DNA of 64,000 nt, taken from contig SKTZ01000092.1 of the NCBI GenBank assembly GCA_007122335.1, positions 285 to 64,284 of the forward strand, written 5' to 3'. Source of the stretch: Bacillota bacterium (GTDB lineage Bacteria; Bacillota; Halanaerobiia; B1SED10-174). The notes beneath the pieces were generated by a model. It searched no databases and was not told where the DNA came from. It worked only from the letters and a program-made list of their open reading frames with translations. Position 1 is the first letter of the stretch. Each line of letters starts with the position of its first letter. A program made the translations under genes and the position numbers. Shown here piece by piece: positions 20,088 to 28,786 of this stretch.

Positions 20088-22016
20088 ATGAAAAAAGGGC
20101 CTTATTATCTAACCACGCCTATTTATTACCCCAGCGGGAAACTGCATATTGGCCACACCTATACTACAGTGGCAGCAGATACCATTGCCCGCTATAAACG
20201 ACTGCAGGGTTATGATGTGTTTTTCCTCACGGGAACCGATGAACACGGTCAAAAAATTGAACGGAAAGCAAAAGAAGAGGGGAAGAACCCAAAAGATTAT
20301 GTGGATGAAATTGTTTTCTGGATCAAGGATCTCTGGAATTATTATGGGATTTCCTATGACCGGTTTATTCGGACTACTGATGAAGAACATAAAGAGGGTG
20401 TTCAGGAAATATTCCGCAGGTTGGAGAAGAAGGGAGACATTTACAAGGATAAATACGCAGGCTGGTACTGTGTACCCTGTGAAACCTTCTGGCTGGAAAG
20501 GCAGCTGGAGAATAAAACCTGTCCGGACTGCAATCGTAAGGTGGAGTGGATGGAGGAGGAAAGCTATTTCTTCCGTCTTTCCAACTACGCTGATCGCCTT
20601 CTGGAATATATTGAAAACAATCCGGAATTTATCCAGCCCGATACCAGACGGAATGAAATGGTTAATTTCATTAAACAGGGCCTGGAAGACCTCTGTATTT
20701 CAAGAACTTCAATTAACTGGGGAGTTCCAATTCCCGGAGCTCCGGGGCATGTTGCTTATGTCTGGATTGATGCTTTAAGCAACTATCTGACGGGGATCAA
20801 TTTCCCGGAAGGAAAGAAGTTCCAGAAATTCTGGCCCGCCGACCTGCACCTTGTTGGTAAGGAAATAATGCGCTTCCATACAATTATCTGGCCCATTATG
20901 CTACTGGCCCTGGACCTTCCTCTACCCAAACAGGTATTCGGCCACGGCTGGCTCATTTTAGACCAGGAAAAAATGTCTAAATCCAGGGGAAACGTTGTTG
21001 ACCCTTTTGCCCTGGGAGAGGAGTTTGGTGTTGACGCCATCCGTTATTACCTGTTGCGGGAAGTGGTTTTCGGTTCTGACGGGAATTATTCCCTCTCCGC
21101 ACTGATTAAAAGGATAAACTATGATCTGGCCAATGATCTGGGTAACCTCCTGCACCGGACGGTGACCATGATTGATAAATATTTTGGCGGAAAGATTCCC
21201 AAACCCGGTCCCGAAATTGACCCCGATGGTTCTCTCAAGGCCGAAGCAATAAATGCCCTCGGGGAAGTAGAGACAAATTTGGACCGGCTTTTTTTCCAGA
21301 ACGGCCTGGAAGGGTTGTGGAAATTTATCCGCCGCAGCAATAAATATATAGATGAAACCCAGCCCTGGATACTGGCCCGGGACGAGGCTCAAAAAGAAAG
21401 GCTGGGAACAGTTCTTTATAATCTTGCGGAAGCCCTGCGGATAATTTCCCTGGCCTTACGACCCTTTATGCCTGACACCCCACATGGGATCTGGCAGCAA
21501 CTGGGTCTGAAAAAAGACTTGGCCAAAATTCCCTGGGAAGCCGCTAAAAAATGGGGAGAAATTCCTGCGGGAACTAAGATCAGAAAAGGAAAGCCCCTTT
21601 TTCCTCGCCTGGAGCTTGAAGATTATGAGGATTGGGTCGCAAAAGAAAATGGAGAAAAGGAAGGTAAAGAAGAAACCAAGCAAGAACAACAATTTTCCCA
21701 GGTTGACTTTGCCAGGTTCAAGGAAATTGACCTGCGGGTGGCCCGTATTGAAAGGGTGGAGCCTGTTGAAGGCAGTGATAACCTGCTCAAGTTACAGGTA
21801 TCGCTGGGAGAAGAAACAAGACAGGTTGTTGCCGGACTGGCCCAGGAATATGAGCCCTGGGATCTGGTCGGGCGAAATGTTGCTTTTGTGGCCAACCTTG
21901 AACCTGCGGAAATATTTGGAGTGCGCTCTGAAGGAATGATTCTTGCCGCCGGAGAAAAAGGTAAGATGAAGATTGTCGAAATTCCGGGGGTTAATCCTGG
22001 AAGTCCAATTAGCTAA
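20088..22016 (+). CDS. metG: Methionine--tRNA ligase with a C-terminal tRNA-binding (EMAP/Trbp111-like) domain
   Basis: Contains PSGKLHIGH (the HIGH motif), KMSKS and a Zn knuckle (CVPC...CPDC). ATG at 20088 follows GAAGGAGG. Confidence 0.95.
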   Translation: MKKGPYYLTTPIYYPSGKLHIGHTYTTVAADTIARYKRLQGYDVFFLTGTDEHGQKIERKAKEEGKNPKDYVDEIVFWIKDLWNYYGISYDRFIRTTDEEHKEGVQEIFRRLEKKGDIYKDKYAGWYCVPCETFWLERQLENKTCPDCNRKVEWMEEESYFFRLSNYADRLLEYIENNPEFIQPDTRRNEMVNFIKQGLEDLCISRTSINWGVPIPGAPGHVAYVWIDALSNYLTGINFPEGKKFQKFWPADLHLVGKEIMRFHTIIWPIMLLALDLPLPKQVFGHGWLILDQEKMSKSRGNVVDPFALGEEFGVDAIRYYLLREVVFGSDGNYSLSALIKRINYDLANDLGNLLHRTVTMIDKYFGGKIPKPGPEIDPDGSLKAEAINALGEVETNLDRLFFQNGLEGLWKFIRRSNKYIDETQPWILARDEAQKERLGTVLYNLAEALRIISLALRPFMPDTPHGIWQQLGLKKDLAKIPWEAAKKWGEIPAGTKIRKGKPLFPRLELEDYEDWVAKENGEKEGKEETKQEQQFSQVDFARFKEIDLRVARIERVEPVEGSDNLLKLQVSLGEETRQVVAGLAQEYEPWDLVGRNVAFVANLEPAEIFGVRSEGMILAAGEKGKMKIVEIPGVNPGSPIS

Positions 22017-22032
22017 CAAAGGAGGCTAATCC

Positions 22033-22812
22033 ATGCAGTGGAAGGGCTTAATAGATACCCATGTCCACCTGGATTTTGGTCATTTTGATGGAGAAAGAGA
22101 GCAGATAATTGAAAGGGCCCGAAATGGTGGTGTGGAAAAGGTTATAAATATAGGGAGTAACCTAAAATCTTCGCAGGAAACAGTTAAGCTTATCAGAAGA
22201 TACCCAGATTATATCTTTGGGGCTGTGGGTGTCCACCCTCACAATGCCCGGGACCTTAATGGAGACATGCTTAGGAAAATAAAAGAGCTGGCTATAGAAG
22301 AAGGGATAGTTGCCCTGGGGGAGATGGGCCTTGATTTCCATTACGACAATTCTCCTCGTGATGATCAAAAAAGAGCATTTCGGGCCCAGCTCCGGCTGGC
22401 CAGGGAACTTGAAAAACCAGTCGTAATCCACTCCCGCTCTGCTGAAGGAGAAACAATTACTATTCTGCGGGAGGAAGGAATCCGGGAAATAGGTGGAGTA
22501 ATGCATTGTTTTTCGGGGAATCAGATTACAGCGGAAAAAGCCCTTGAAATGGGGTTATATCTTGCTTTTGGCGGGGTTATAACATTTCCCAAGGCTGATG
22601 AACTGAGGGCAATAGCAGCTTCTACACCCCTGGAGCGATTATTGATTGAGACAGATTCTCCCTACCTTACTCCCGTCCCTTACAGGGGGAAGAGAAATGA
22701 ACCCCTTTATGTGGGGTATGTCGCGGAGAAGCTGGCTGAAATTAGAGCGGAAAGCCTGGAAGAGGTAATAGAAGCAACCGCCGATAATGCTCGGAGATTA
22801 TTTAGGATCTAA
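22033..22812 (+). CDS. tatD: TatD-family metal-dependent hydrolase (YabD)
   Basis: Contains IDTHVHLD, GEMGLDFHY and ETDSPYL. Confidence 0.9.
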   Translation: MQWKGLIDTHVHLDFGHFDGEREQIIERARNGGVEKVINIGSNLKSSQETVKLIRRYPDYIFGAVGVHPHNARDLNGDMLRKIKELAIEEGIVALGEMGLDFHYDNSPRDDQKRAFRAQLRLARELEKPVVIHSRSAEGETITILREEGIREIGGVMHCFSGNQITAEKALEMGLYLAFGGVITFPKADELRAIAASTPLERLLIETDSPYLTPVPYRGKRNEPLYVGYVAEKLAEIRAESLEEVIEATADNARRLFRI

Positions 22813-23063
22813 GGAATGGATAATTAAAGGGAGATCCAGAGATAGGGTCTCTCTTTTTCTTTTCGGGGTTAAACAGCAAACTACCCATGGGGGGAAAAAC
22901 AGGATGACTTTTTTGGAGAATGGAACGCTTTAATGTTATGGTTTCAGCAGTATCCTGTCCAAAGGGGTTTCTAAGACGGAGCAGGATAGTAATGCCCTGG
23001 GGTTATATTATTTTCAAGCCTATGATTTTCCGAGGTTCTGGTTAATTTAAAACCGAAAACCAA

Positions 23064-23106
23064 AAGACCCGGTCCCTATTTTATGATAGACCCGGGTCTT
23101 TTTATT
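23064..23106. terminator. Bidirectional intrinsic terminator
   Basis: Hairpin AGACCCGG...CCGGGTCT, with TTTTTATT on the + strand and TTTTGGTTTT on the - strand. Confidence 0.7.
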
Positions 23107-23133
23107 CCCTTTCTGCAATATTTTTTATTTTCA

Positions 23134-23235
23134 TCAGCCAATCAGTCCCCATTTCAGGCATAACCTTCTTATGTAGGCTCTGATGGCTTCCTCGTCATAA
23201 AGTAATTTATTCGGGCATTCATTCTTACAGATCAT
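23134..23235 (-). CDS. Micro-ORF D (33 aa): MICKNECPNKLLYDEEAIRAYIRRLCLKWGLIG
   Basis: ATG lies 7 nt after CAAGGAGGT. Translated by hand. Too short to appear in the ORF track. Confidence 0.4.
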   Translation of the reverse strand: MICKNECPNKLLYDEEAIRAYIRRLCLKWGLIG

Positions 23236-23259
23236 CTTTTCACCTCCTTGCTCAAGAAT

Positions 23260-23343
23260 TTATTTCCGAAACCTGTCTCGCCTGTTGCTCTTCCGGGAGA
23301 TTTCTCTTTCCTTGAACTCAGCAATTAAGCTTCTATCAAACAT
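23260..23343 (-). CDS. Micro-ORF C (27 aa): MFDRSLIAEFKEREISRKSNRRDRFRK
   Basis: ATG lies 7 nt after AAAGGAGGT. Translated by hand. Confidence 0.4.
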   Translation of the reverse strand: MFDRSLIAEFKEREISRKSNRRDRFRK

Positions 23344-23367
23344 CTCAATACCTCCTTTTGATTTTTT

Positions 23368-23451
23368 TTACCTTCGCTTCTGGCGCTGTCGAATTTGCGC
23401 AGAATAGAGAAGGTTGTCCCTGTGATTATTGGGGAGAGGGATTGCTGTCAT
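23368..23451 (-). CDS. Micro-ORF B (27 aa): MTAIPLPNNHRDNLLYSAQIRQRQKRR
   Basis: ATG lies 8 nt after GGGAGGGAGG. An in-frame GTG at 23460 is an alternative start. Confidence 0.4.
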   Translation of the reverse strand: MTAIPLPNNHRDNLLYSAQIRQRQKRR

Positions 23452-23478
23452 TCCATTCACCTCCCTCCCTCTCGCCTT

Positions 23479-23559
23479 TTAGCCTTTTCGACTTCTTTGG
23501 CGCTGGGCTTGAGCCCTTAGTTCCTGGATTTTTTCTTTTGCCAGAAGATATTCTATCAT
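23479..23559 (-). CDS. Micro-ORF A (26 aa): MIEYLLAKEKIQELRAQAQRQRSRKG
   Basis: ATG lies 8 nt after AAAGGAGG. This is the first cistron after the promoter. Confidence 0.4.
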   Translation of the reverse strand: MIEYLLAKEKIQELRAQAQRQRSRKG

Positions 23560-23598
23560 TTTTTGGACCTCCTTTCCTTTGATTTTAACAATAATGAG

Positions 23599-23627
23599 AT
23601 TATATGCTAAAAATAGATGATAGTCAA
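23599..23627 (-). promoter_or_regulatory. Near-consensus sigma-A promoter of the micro-ORF unit
   Basis: On the minus strand: TTGACT (23622-23627), exact 17 nt spacer, TATAAT (23599-23604). An A/T-rich UP-like tract lies at 23630-23700. Confidence 0.65.
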
Positions 23628-23707
23628 GCATAATTTCAATAAAAATCAATAAAAAAATTAAAAAATTTAATCAATACCTAATAAATATTTTGATAATGTT
23701 TAGCCTG

Positions 23708-25204
23708 CTATTCTGCTGCTGGACTAAAGGGAGACTGCAAGAAGATTATTTCCCCATTTGATAGATGGGGAAAATAGGGGGTTGAAGGGAGTCGAGTGAT
23801 AGTTTTTTCCCAGTTTTGGGTCCTTGTTTCGAAAAGCCCAAGGGCTTCTGCTCCGGTCTGGGGATGGATAAACTTAAGCAATAATTTACTTTCTTCCCGA
23901 TCCAGTATTTCCAAAAGCCTTTGGTTTTCGGTTAAGGAGGTAATTGCTCCCTCCTGGTAAAAGTAAAGATTGCCCCCGGGAACTTTCCGGGGTTCCTCCC
24001 GATTGGATAGGAAATAAACCCGGTCATTATCTCCGGGCCAAGGAGACCAGTTCTGGAAGGGGCCCTCTGCGATGGTTTTTAATTCCCCGGTGCTATCCAG
24101 ACCAAGAAGATGGCGGTAGGGTCCTTCATCTTCTGCAAAGTAAAGTGTAGCGTTTGACTGGCCGTAATAAAGGTTGCTCAGGTATTGTGGGGAGCTAAGG
24201 AGAATCTCTTGCTCTGGTTTTTGGGGACTTCCCAGTACGATTTCATATTCACCCTCGTTGCGGCGAACATAATAAATATTTTCATCATCTTTAGCGGTAG
24301 GCCAGTCTAGGTAGTTTTCCGAAATTAAATAGGGGGAAAAAGAGTTGTTATCCAGATCATACAGAGCCAGGCTGTGATAGGTTCCTTCCAGGTAAAAACT
24401 GTGAAAAATAAAAGAGTTGTTAACCCTGGTAAATGTAACGGGAGTTGGGATAATCCCGGGGGTAAGAGGAAGAGAAGCGAAATCATCTCTTGTAATAAAG
24501 GAATAAATGTCTTCTCTTTTTTCCACATAATCAAGGGCGCTGGAAACAACCTGTTGGTGGCGGTGGAGCAAATTCTCACTCTGCAGGGCGATAACAAGCT
24601 GATGCATCAGGTCTGGCCTTAATCTATATCTATCCAGGAGATAATCCATAACTACCAGGCCCAGCCCACGGTTATAACGCCAGTCCAAGTCCCTGCCAAG
24701 TCTTCTCCGGATTTCATCGGGGTTGAAGTTCAGGTTCTGGCGGAGGTGAGCATGGTATTCGGGCCCAAAAAAATGCAGGCCAACCAGATATTCCGTCTGA
24801 ATATCAGAAAACCAGACATTATGGGGTGTAAGGGAATAGAATTCTTTCTGGAAGATGTGGACCAATTCGTGGTAAAGGACCATTTCGTTGCTGTAGGGGC
24901 GACGTTTTTCAATGATAAAGTGGATTCGGTTGTAAAGAAGCAATGCATCGATACTTTCTGGGGCGGAAGGGTGAGGTTTATTCTGCAAATAATCGAGCCG
25001 CCCGTCATAAAAGGTAATGTTAATTGGAGAAGGAGGACGGACTCGAAAAATTCTCCGGAGTTCTTCCCAGAATTCTTCTCCGCGGTTGAGTAAATATGAA
25101 GCAAATTCTTCGTCGCCCCTGAAATTTCCCTGGAGGCTCTCTGCCCCGACCGGGCCTGAGAACAATAAAGAAACTATCAGGAATAAAAAGATTACCTTTC
25201 TCAT
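23708..25204 (-). CDS. Secreted HExxH-motif protein with a C-terminal TolB/PD40-like beta-propeller region
   Basis: Has a signal peptide (...GPVGAES) and YHELVHIF. The C-terminal half is rich in repeated Y/W-containing strands. The ORF opens at 25222, and the likely start is the ATG at 25204 after GGGGGCGG. Confidence 0.5.
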   Translation of the reverse strand: MRKVIFLFLIVSLLFSGPVGAESLQGNFRGDEEFASYLLNRGEEFWEELRRIFRVRPPSPINITFYDGRLDYLQNKPHPSAPESIDALLLYNRIHFIIEKRRPYSNEMVLYHELVHIFQKEFYSLTPHNVWFSDIQTEYLVGLHFFGPEYHAHLRQNLNFNPDEIRRRLGRDLDWRYNRGLGLVVMDYLLDRYRLRPDLMHQLVIALQSENLLHRHQQVVSSALDYVEKREDIYSFITRDDFASLPLTPGIIPTPVTFTRVNNSFIFHSFYLEGTYHSLALYDLDNNSFSPYLISENYLDWPTAKDDENIYYVRRNEGEYEIVLGSPQKPEQEILLSSPQYLSNLYYGQSNATLYFAEDEGPYRHLLGLDSTGELKTIAEGPFQNWSPWPGDNDRVYFLSNREEPRKVPGGNLYFYQEGAITSLTENQRLLEILDREESKLLLKFIHPQTGAEALGLFETRTQNWEKTITRLPSTPYFPHLSNGEIIFLQSPFSPAAE

Positions 25205-25244
25205 TATTTTAACCGCCCCCAAATAATCGCTTGATTTTTTTCGA

Positions 25245-25275
25245 AAGTCAAAAAGGAGCCCCGTCGGGGCTCCTT
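25245..25275 (-). terminator. Intrinsic terminator after the beta-barrel gene
   Basis: Hairpin GGAGCCCC-gac-GGGGCTCC with TTTTT on the minus strand. Confidence 0.75.
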
Positions 25276-25278
25276 TGT

Positions 25279-26541
25279 TTAGAAACTAATTGATGAACCG
25301 AATTGGAGGGATACTTCTTTACCGCTCCCCGTTGCGAGTTTGATATCAGAGATTGTGAAATTAAAAATTTCCCAACCCCAGGCTTTTATTCCAAAGCCTG
25401 CAAAAAGAGAAGGAGTTCCCTTATGAGAGGCAAAATCCAGGCCAACCGTTACAGGAAGCCACTGGGGATAGAAAAAACGGGTTGCAGCAGAAATTCCCAG
25501 GTGGAAAACAGGAGCCTGGTAAAGCCCAATTGTCCCCCCAAGGTGGATTTTGGGGTGGGCTACGTAGTGGACTCCACCTTCAAGACTAATGGGAGTGCTT
25601 CGGATGATCGGGTCATGGGGCTGATCAGTTATTTGATCTTCTTCATATTCTATCCATTCCTCACCTTCTTCAACAAGGAGGGGATGTTTTATTTTTGCTT
25701 CTCCTGAGAATTTTGTTTGCCTGACTCCGCTCCAGCGGATGAAACCCAGGTTATTCAGAGAAATTCCCACCCCGAGTTTGGGATTAATTTGGCCCCAGGC
25801 GCCAATGTCAATTGCTGCACCGTGCCCTCCGCCTCCTTCCATGCCCCTAGCAGAGTAGAGGGCATTAAATTCTCCTTCGGCATAGAATGGATCTTCTCCT
25901 TCTTCCGATGAAATCAGGATAGTTCCATCGGTGTTGACTTCGGCGTAGGCCAGGCCATTAAGGTAGTGGATACCCCCTCCAATAGTTACCCGGTCAAAGT
26001 CAAACTGCTGGGCTAGGGAAGGGAAGTCTAAGGCATGGGAAAACCCAATATCAACTACTCCCTGACCCTGCAGGAAGGAATTATCAAGATGGATCTCTTC
26101 ATCCAGCTCGTTGCCAAAAAGGGCCAGTTCAAAGAAATCCTTATCAAGCCCTGTTGCAGCAAAGGCTTTTAATCCTCCCTGGACTCCGGAGCTACCGAAA
26201 CCAAAAAACACGTTAGAAGATGCTCCCATTCCTACTGAGAAAGCATCTCCAGAGATTGCTCCCAGGAGTTCGGATTTTTTTTCTTCGTCCCAGTATTCAT
26301 TGAAGTTTTCCAGGATTTGGTTTACAGTCCAGGCATTGGACCACATATTCAGAGAGAGAGAGTTAAACTGGAGTTGATAATTATAGGTGGCAAAACCAAG
26401 CAGAGCAGGGTTTGCCTCTAGACTGGCGACCTGTCCGGGGAAAATCCGCAAGGAGGCGGGTGTTTCACCTGCTGCAAGGGCTGGGAAAGAAACAGTCAGG
26501 AGCAACAACAAAACCAGAGAAACAACTTTTACTTTATTCAT
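25279..26541 (-). CDS. Putative outer-membrane beta-barrel protein
   Basis: Preceded by the SD AAAGGAGG. Signal peptide ...SFPALA. An ANPALLG motif lies near the N-terminus. Alternating hydrophobic pattern, Gly/aromatic-rich. C-terminus is ...VSLQFGSSISF (terminal Phe). Confidence 0.45.
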   Translation of the reverse strand: MNKVKVVSLVLLLLLTVSFPALAAGETPASLRIFPGQVASLEANPALLGFATYNYQLQFNSLSLNMWSNAWTVNQILENFNEYWDEEKKSELLGAISGDAFSVGMGASSNVFFGFGSSGVQGGLKAFAATGLDKDFFELALFGNELDEEIHLDNSFLQGQGVVDIGFSHALDFPSLAQQFDFDRVTIGGGIHYLNGLAYAEVNTDGTILISSEEGEDPFYAEGEFNALYSARGMEGGGGHGAAIDIGAWGQINPKLGVGISLNNLGFIRWSGVRQTKFSGEAKIKHPLLVEEGEEWIEYEEDQITDQPHDPIIRSTPISLEGGVHYVAHPKIHLGGTIGLYQAPVFHLGISAATRFFYPQWLPVTVGLDFASHKGTPSLFAGFGIKAWGWEIFNFTISDIKLATGSGKEVSLQFGSSISF

Positions 26542-26557
26542 CTAATTGGGCCTCCTT

Positions 26558-28492
26558 TCAATCTTCATGCGGGTTAACCCGGATTTCAACATCCAGATTA
26601 GCCTTTGTGGAGAAGGAATCTCCGTATTTAAAGATGATCTCTTGGGGTTCGGTGATATCTTTTAGGATTTCTACCCTGATGCCATACCAGGCAGGTTCTT
26701 TGAAAGTCTCCAAATCATCCTTGGAAATTTCAACAAGGTAATTTTCCGCTGTCCCGGTTTCAGGCAGGCCAATTGTCCAATTAGGATTATCCTGATCGAA
26801 TATGTTTTCTTCATCATTGCTGAAGAAAACCGTTATATCCAGATAAAGGGGCAGGTCATTGGCGTTGTAGAAATCAATCAGGACATTTTGGATCCATCCA
26901 TCTAAAACATCCTGGTCATCGGTATCCAGTTCCAGTTTTCCGGTAGCAACATCATTTTCTACTCCTCCTGGTTGAACCAGGAATTTTAACTTGAAATCAG
27001 CGTCCCCGACCATGCTGAAATAATCAGCGCGAGTAATTGTAATGTCGTCTTCACCTTCGGGAATGGCTATTTCAAGGGTTGATTCGGGAATCTTAATGGA
27101 ATGGGGCATGCTGGGTATTTCTCCACTTAAGAATCGGATTTCTTTGGCTTCCCGGGGGTCAACATTGAAGTCATCTGCTTCAATTACACTTTCTTCTTCT
27201 GTCCCCTCGTGAGTATAGAGAAGGATCAGGGAAAGATCGCTGCTAAGTACAAAATCTGTTTGATTGTCTACCTGGAGGATTAGGGTAATGGCCTCTTCGG
27301 CCAGCCCGATTCCTTCAAGCCATTCTTCCAGTTCATCCAATCCTGTTGCAAATATTTCTTCATCGATGGTGAAATCCTCCATATCCGTCAGGAGTCCGGA
27401 AACCGTAATTTCTTTCCAGAGAAGGTCGGCTAAGGATATGTTAAAATCAACAGTTTCGGTAGTGTCATAAGTAACGTCAGTTCCCGCGGCCCGGAAATCA
27501 ATTTTCACTTCCAGGCTATCTTCCAGGTTAAAAACGACACCCTCAATGGAGAAAACTCCCTCGCTGACCGGGGATAGCTCCTGGTCATTGATATAAATTT
27601 TTTCAATGGAGAAGTCAATGTTCCAAGCATCTGGAATATTTGGGGCCAGGATTAATTTACCCTCTTCCATTACAATCTCTTTTATATTTTCATCAAATTC
27701 ATCAGCAAGTAGATTTAGGGTGAGGGATTCCTCGACATCTATTTCATCCAGGCCGGTTACTTTTTCTATTGTTATTGAATCCATTTTCACCGAATAATTC
27801 AATTGCCCATTGTAGTCCTGGTTGGGGTTAGTTATTCTAAATTCCAGATCGATTTCATTGGGTAAATCTGTTCCAGCGAGGTCAATTTCCACATGTGCTG
27901 TCCCATCGCTGAACTGGGATGATCCTTGGGCAAGTTCCTGCCCGTTATCGAAGAGAATTATTTCTATATCGAATTCAAGGTCATTATCTTCCGGATCGAT
28001 TGCCAGGAATAAATCAAGAGTCCCCTGCCTGATTGTAATGGTAGTAAAATTATCGCTCAGGTCCACAGGAGGAACCTCTTCATCCAGAGTGATATCGGTG
28101 TTTTCAGCGAAGCCAAAAGAATCAATTGTTCCATTGAAAACCTCGCCAAAATCAATCTTAATTTCAGGCATTGTAGTTTCTATAGGATCGTAGTCAATAT
28201 CCTCCAGTTCAATTTCATCCAGCCCGAAGTCCATTTTATCAAGTTCGAACTCGAAAGAAAAAATATCTTCGTCATCGTATTCTTGGTCATTTTCATTAAG
28301 AATATCTACCAGTTTTATTTCCTGCGTTGGGATCAGAGGTAACCTCACATTTGTATCCCAGGAGGGCCCACGCATCTCTTCCTGCATGAAGTCGTTAATT
28401 GCACTACAGCCCGCAATCAAAAACAAGGCAATGAATAATAACAGGGGAATTTTCCAAAAGCTGCATTTAAGCAAAATTCTCCCTCCTTTCAT
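26558..28492 (-). CDS. Large, highly acidic (Asp/Glu-rich) lipoprotein, function unknown
   Basis: Lipobox LIAGCSA. D/E-rich throughout. An alternative TTG start at 28474 is preceded by AAAGGAGGGAG. Confidence 0.5.
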   Translation of the reverse strand: MKGGRILLKCSFWKIPLLLFIALFLIAGCSAINDFMQEEMRGPSWDTNVRLPLIPTQEIKLVDILNENDQEYDDEDIFSFEFELDKMDFGLDEIELEDIDYDPIETTMPEIKIDFGEVFNGTIDSFGFAENTDITLDEEVPPVDLSDNFTTITIRQGTLDLFLAIDPEDNDLEFDIEIILFDNGQELAQGSSQFSDGTAHVEIDLAGTDLPNEIDLEFRITNPNQDYNGQLNYSVKMDSITIEKVTGLDEIDVEESLTLNLLADEFDENIKEIVMEEGKLILAPNIPDAWNIDFSIEKIYINDQELSPVSEGVFSIEGVVFNLEDSLEVKIDFRAAGTDVTYDTTETVDFNISLADLLWKEITVSGLLTDMEDFTIDEEIFATGLDELEEWLEGIGLAEEAITLILQVDNQTDFVLSSDLSLILLYTHEGTEEESVIEADDFNVDPREAKEIRFLSGEIPSMPHSIKIPESTLEIAIPEGEDDITITRADYFSMVGDADFKLKFLVQPGGVENDVATGKLELDTDDQDVLDGWIQNVLIDFYNANDLPLYLDITVFFSNDEENIFDQDNPNWTIGLPETGTAENYLVEISKDDLETFKEPAWYGIRVEILKDITEPQEIIFKYGDSFSTKANLDVEIRVNPHED

Positions 28493-28570
28493 TTTTTGAG
28501 AAGGTGACTTTACAATAAAAAATGGATTTTGGCTAAAAACCTCCTTTCTTTCCAGGCTTTAATAGTAATT

Positions 28571-28600
28571 ATTAAAAATAAAAGGCCGGGATAGGGCCTT
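28571..28600 (-). terminator. Terminator of the PspC-domain gene
   Basis: Hairpin AAGGCC...GGCCTT with a T-rich run on the minus strand. Confidence 0.55.
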
Positions 28601-28786
28601 TTATTCTTGCGGTATAACAACCCAGGCGATTATATATGTGAAAATCATGGGAAAAATCCCGGTAGCGATGGTAATGAAAATAACCAGAAGGCGGATTAGA
28701 GTAGGATCAATATTAAAAAATTCCCCTAACCCCCCGCAGATCCCGGCAATTTTTTCATCGGTCCGGGAACGGTATAATCTTTTCAT
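28601..28786 (-). CDS. PspC-domain membrane protein
   Basis: Contains RLYRSRTDEKIAGICGGLGEFFNIDPTLIRL followed by one TM segment. The SD is GAGGAGGAG. Confidence 0.85.
   Translation of the reverse strand: MKRLYRSRTDEKIAGICGGLGEFFNIDPTLIRLLVIFITIATGIFPMIFTYIIAWVVIPQE

Noticed and set aside
23358-23582. 74-aa + strand ORF covering the micro-ORF region
   Set aside because: It has no ribosome-binding site and a Phe/Pro/Leu-rich low-complexity translation. The opposite strand has a consensus promoter, four SD-led starts and a terminator, which explains the region better.
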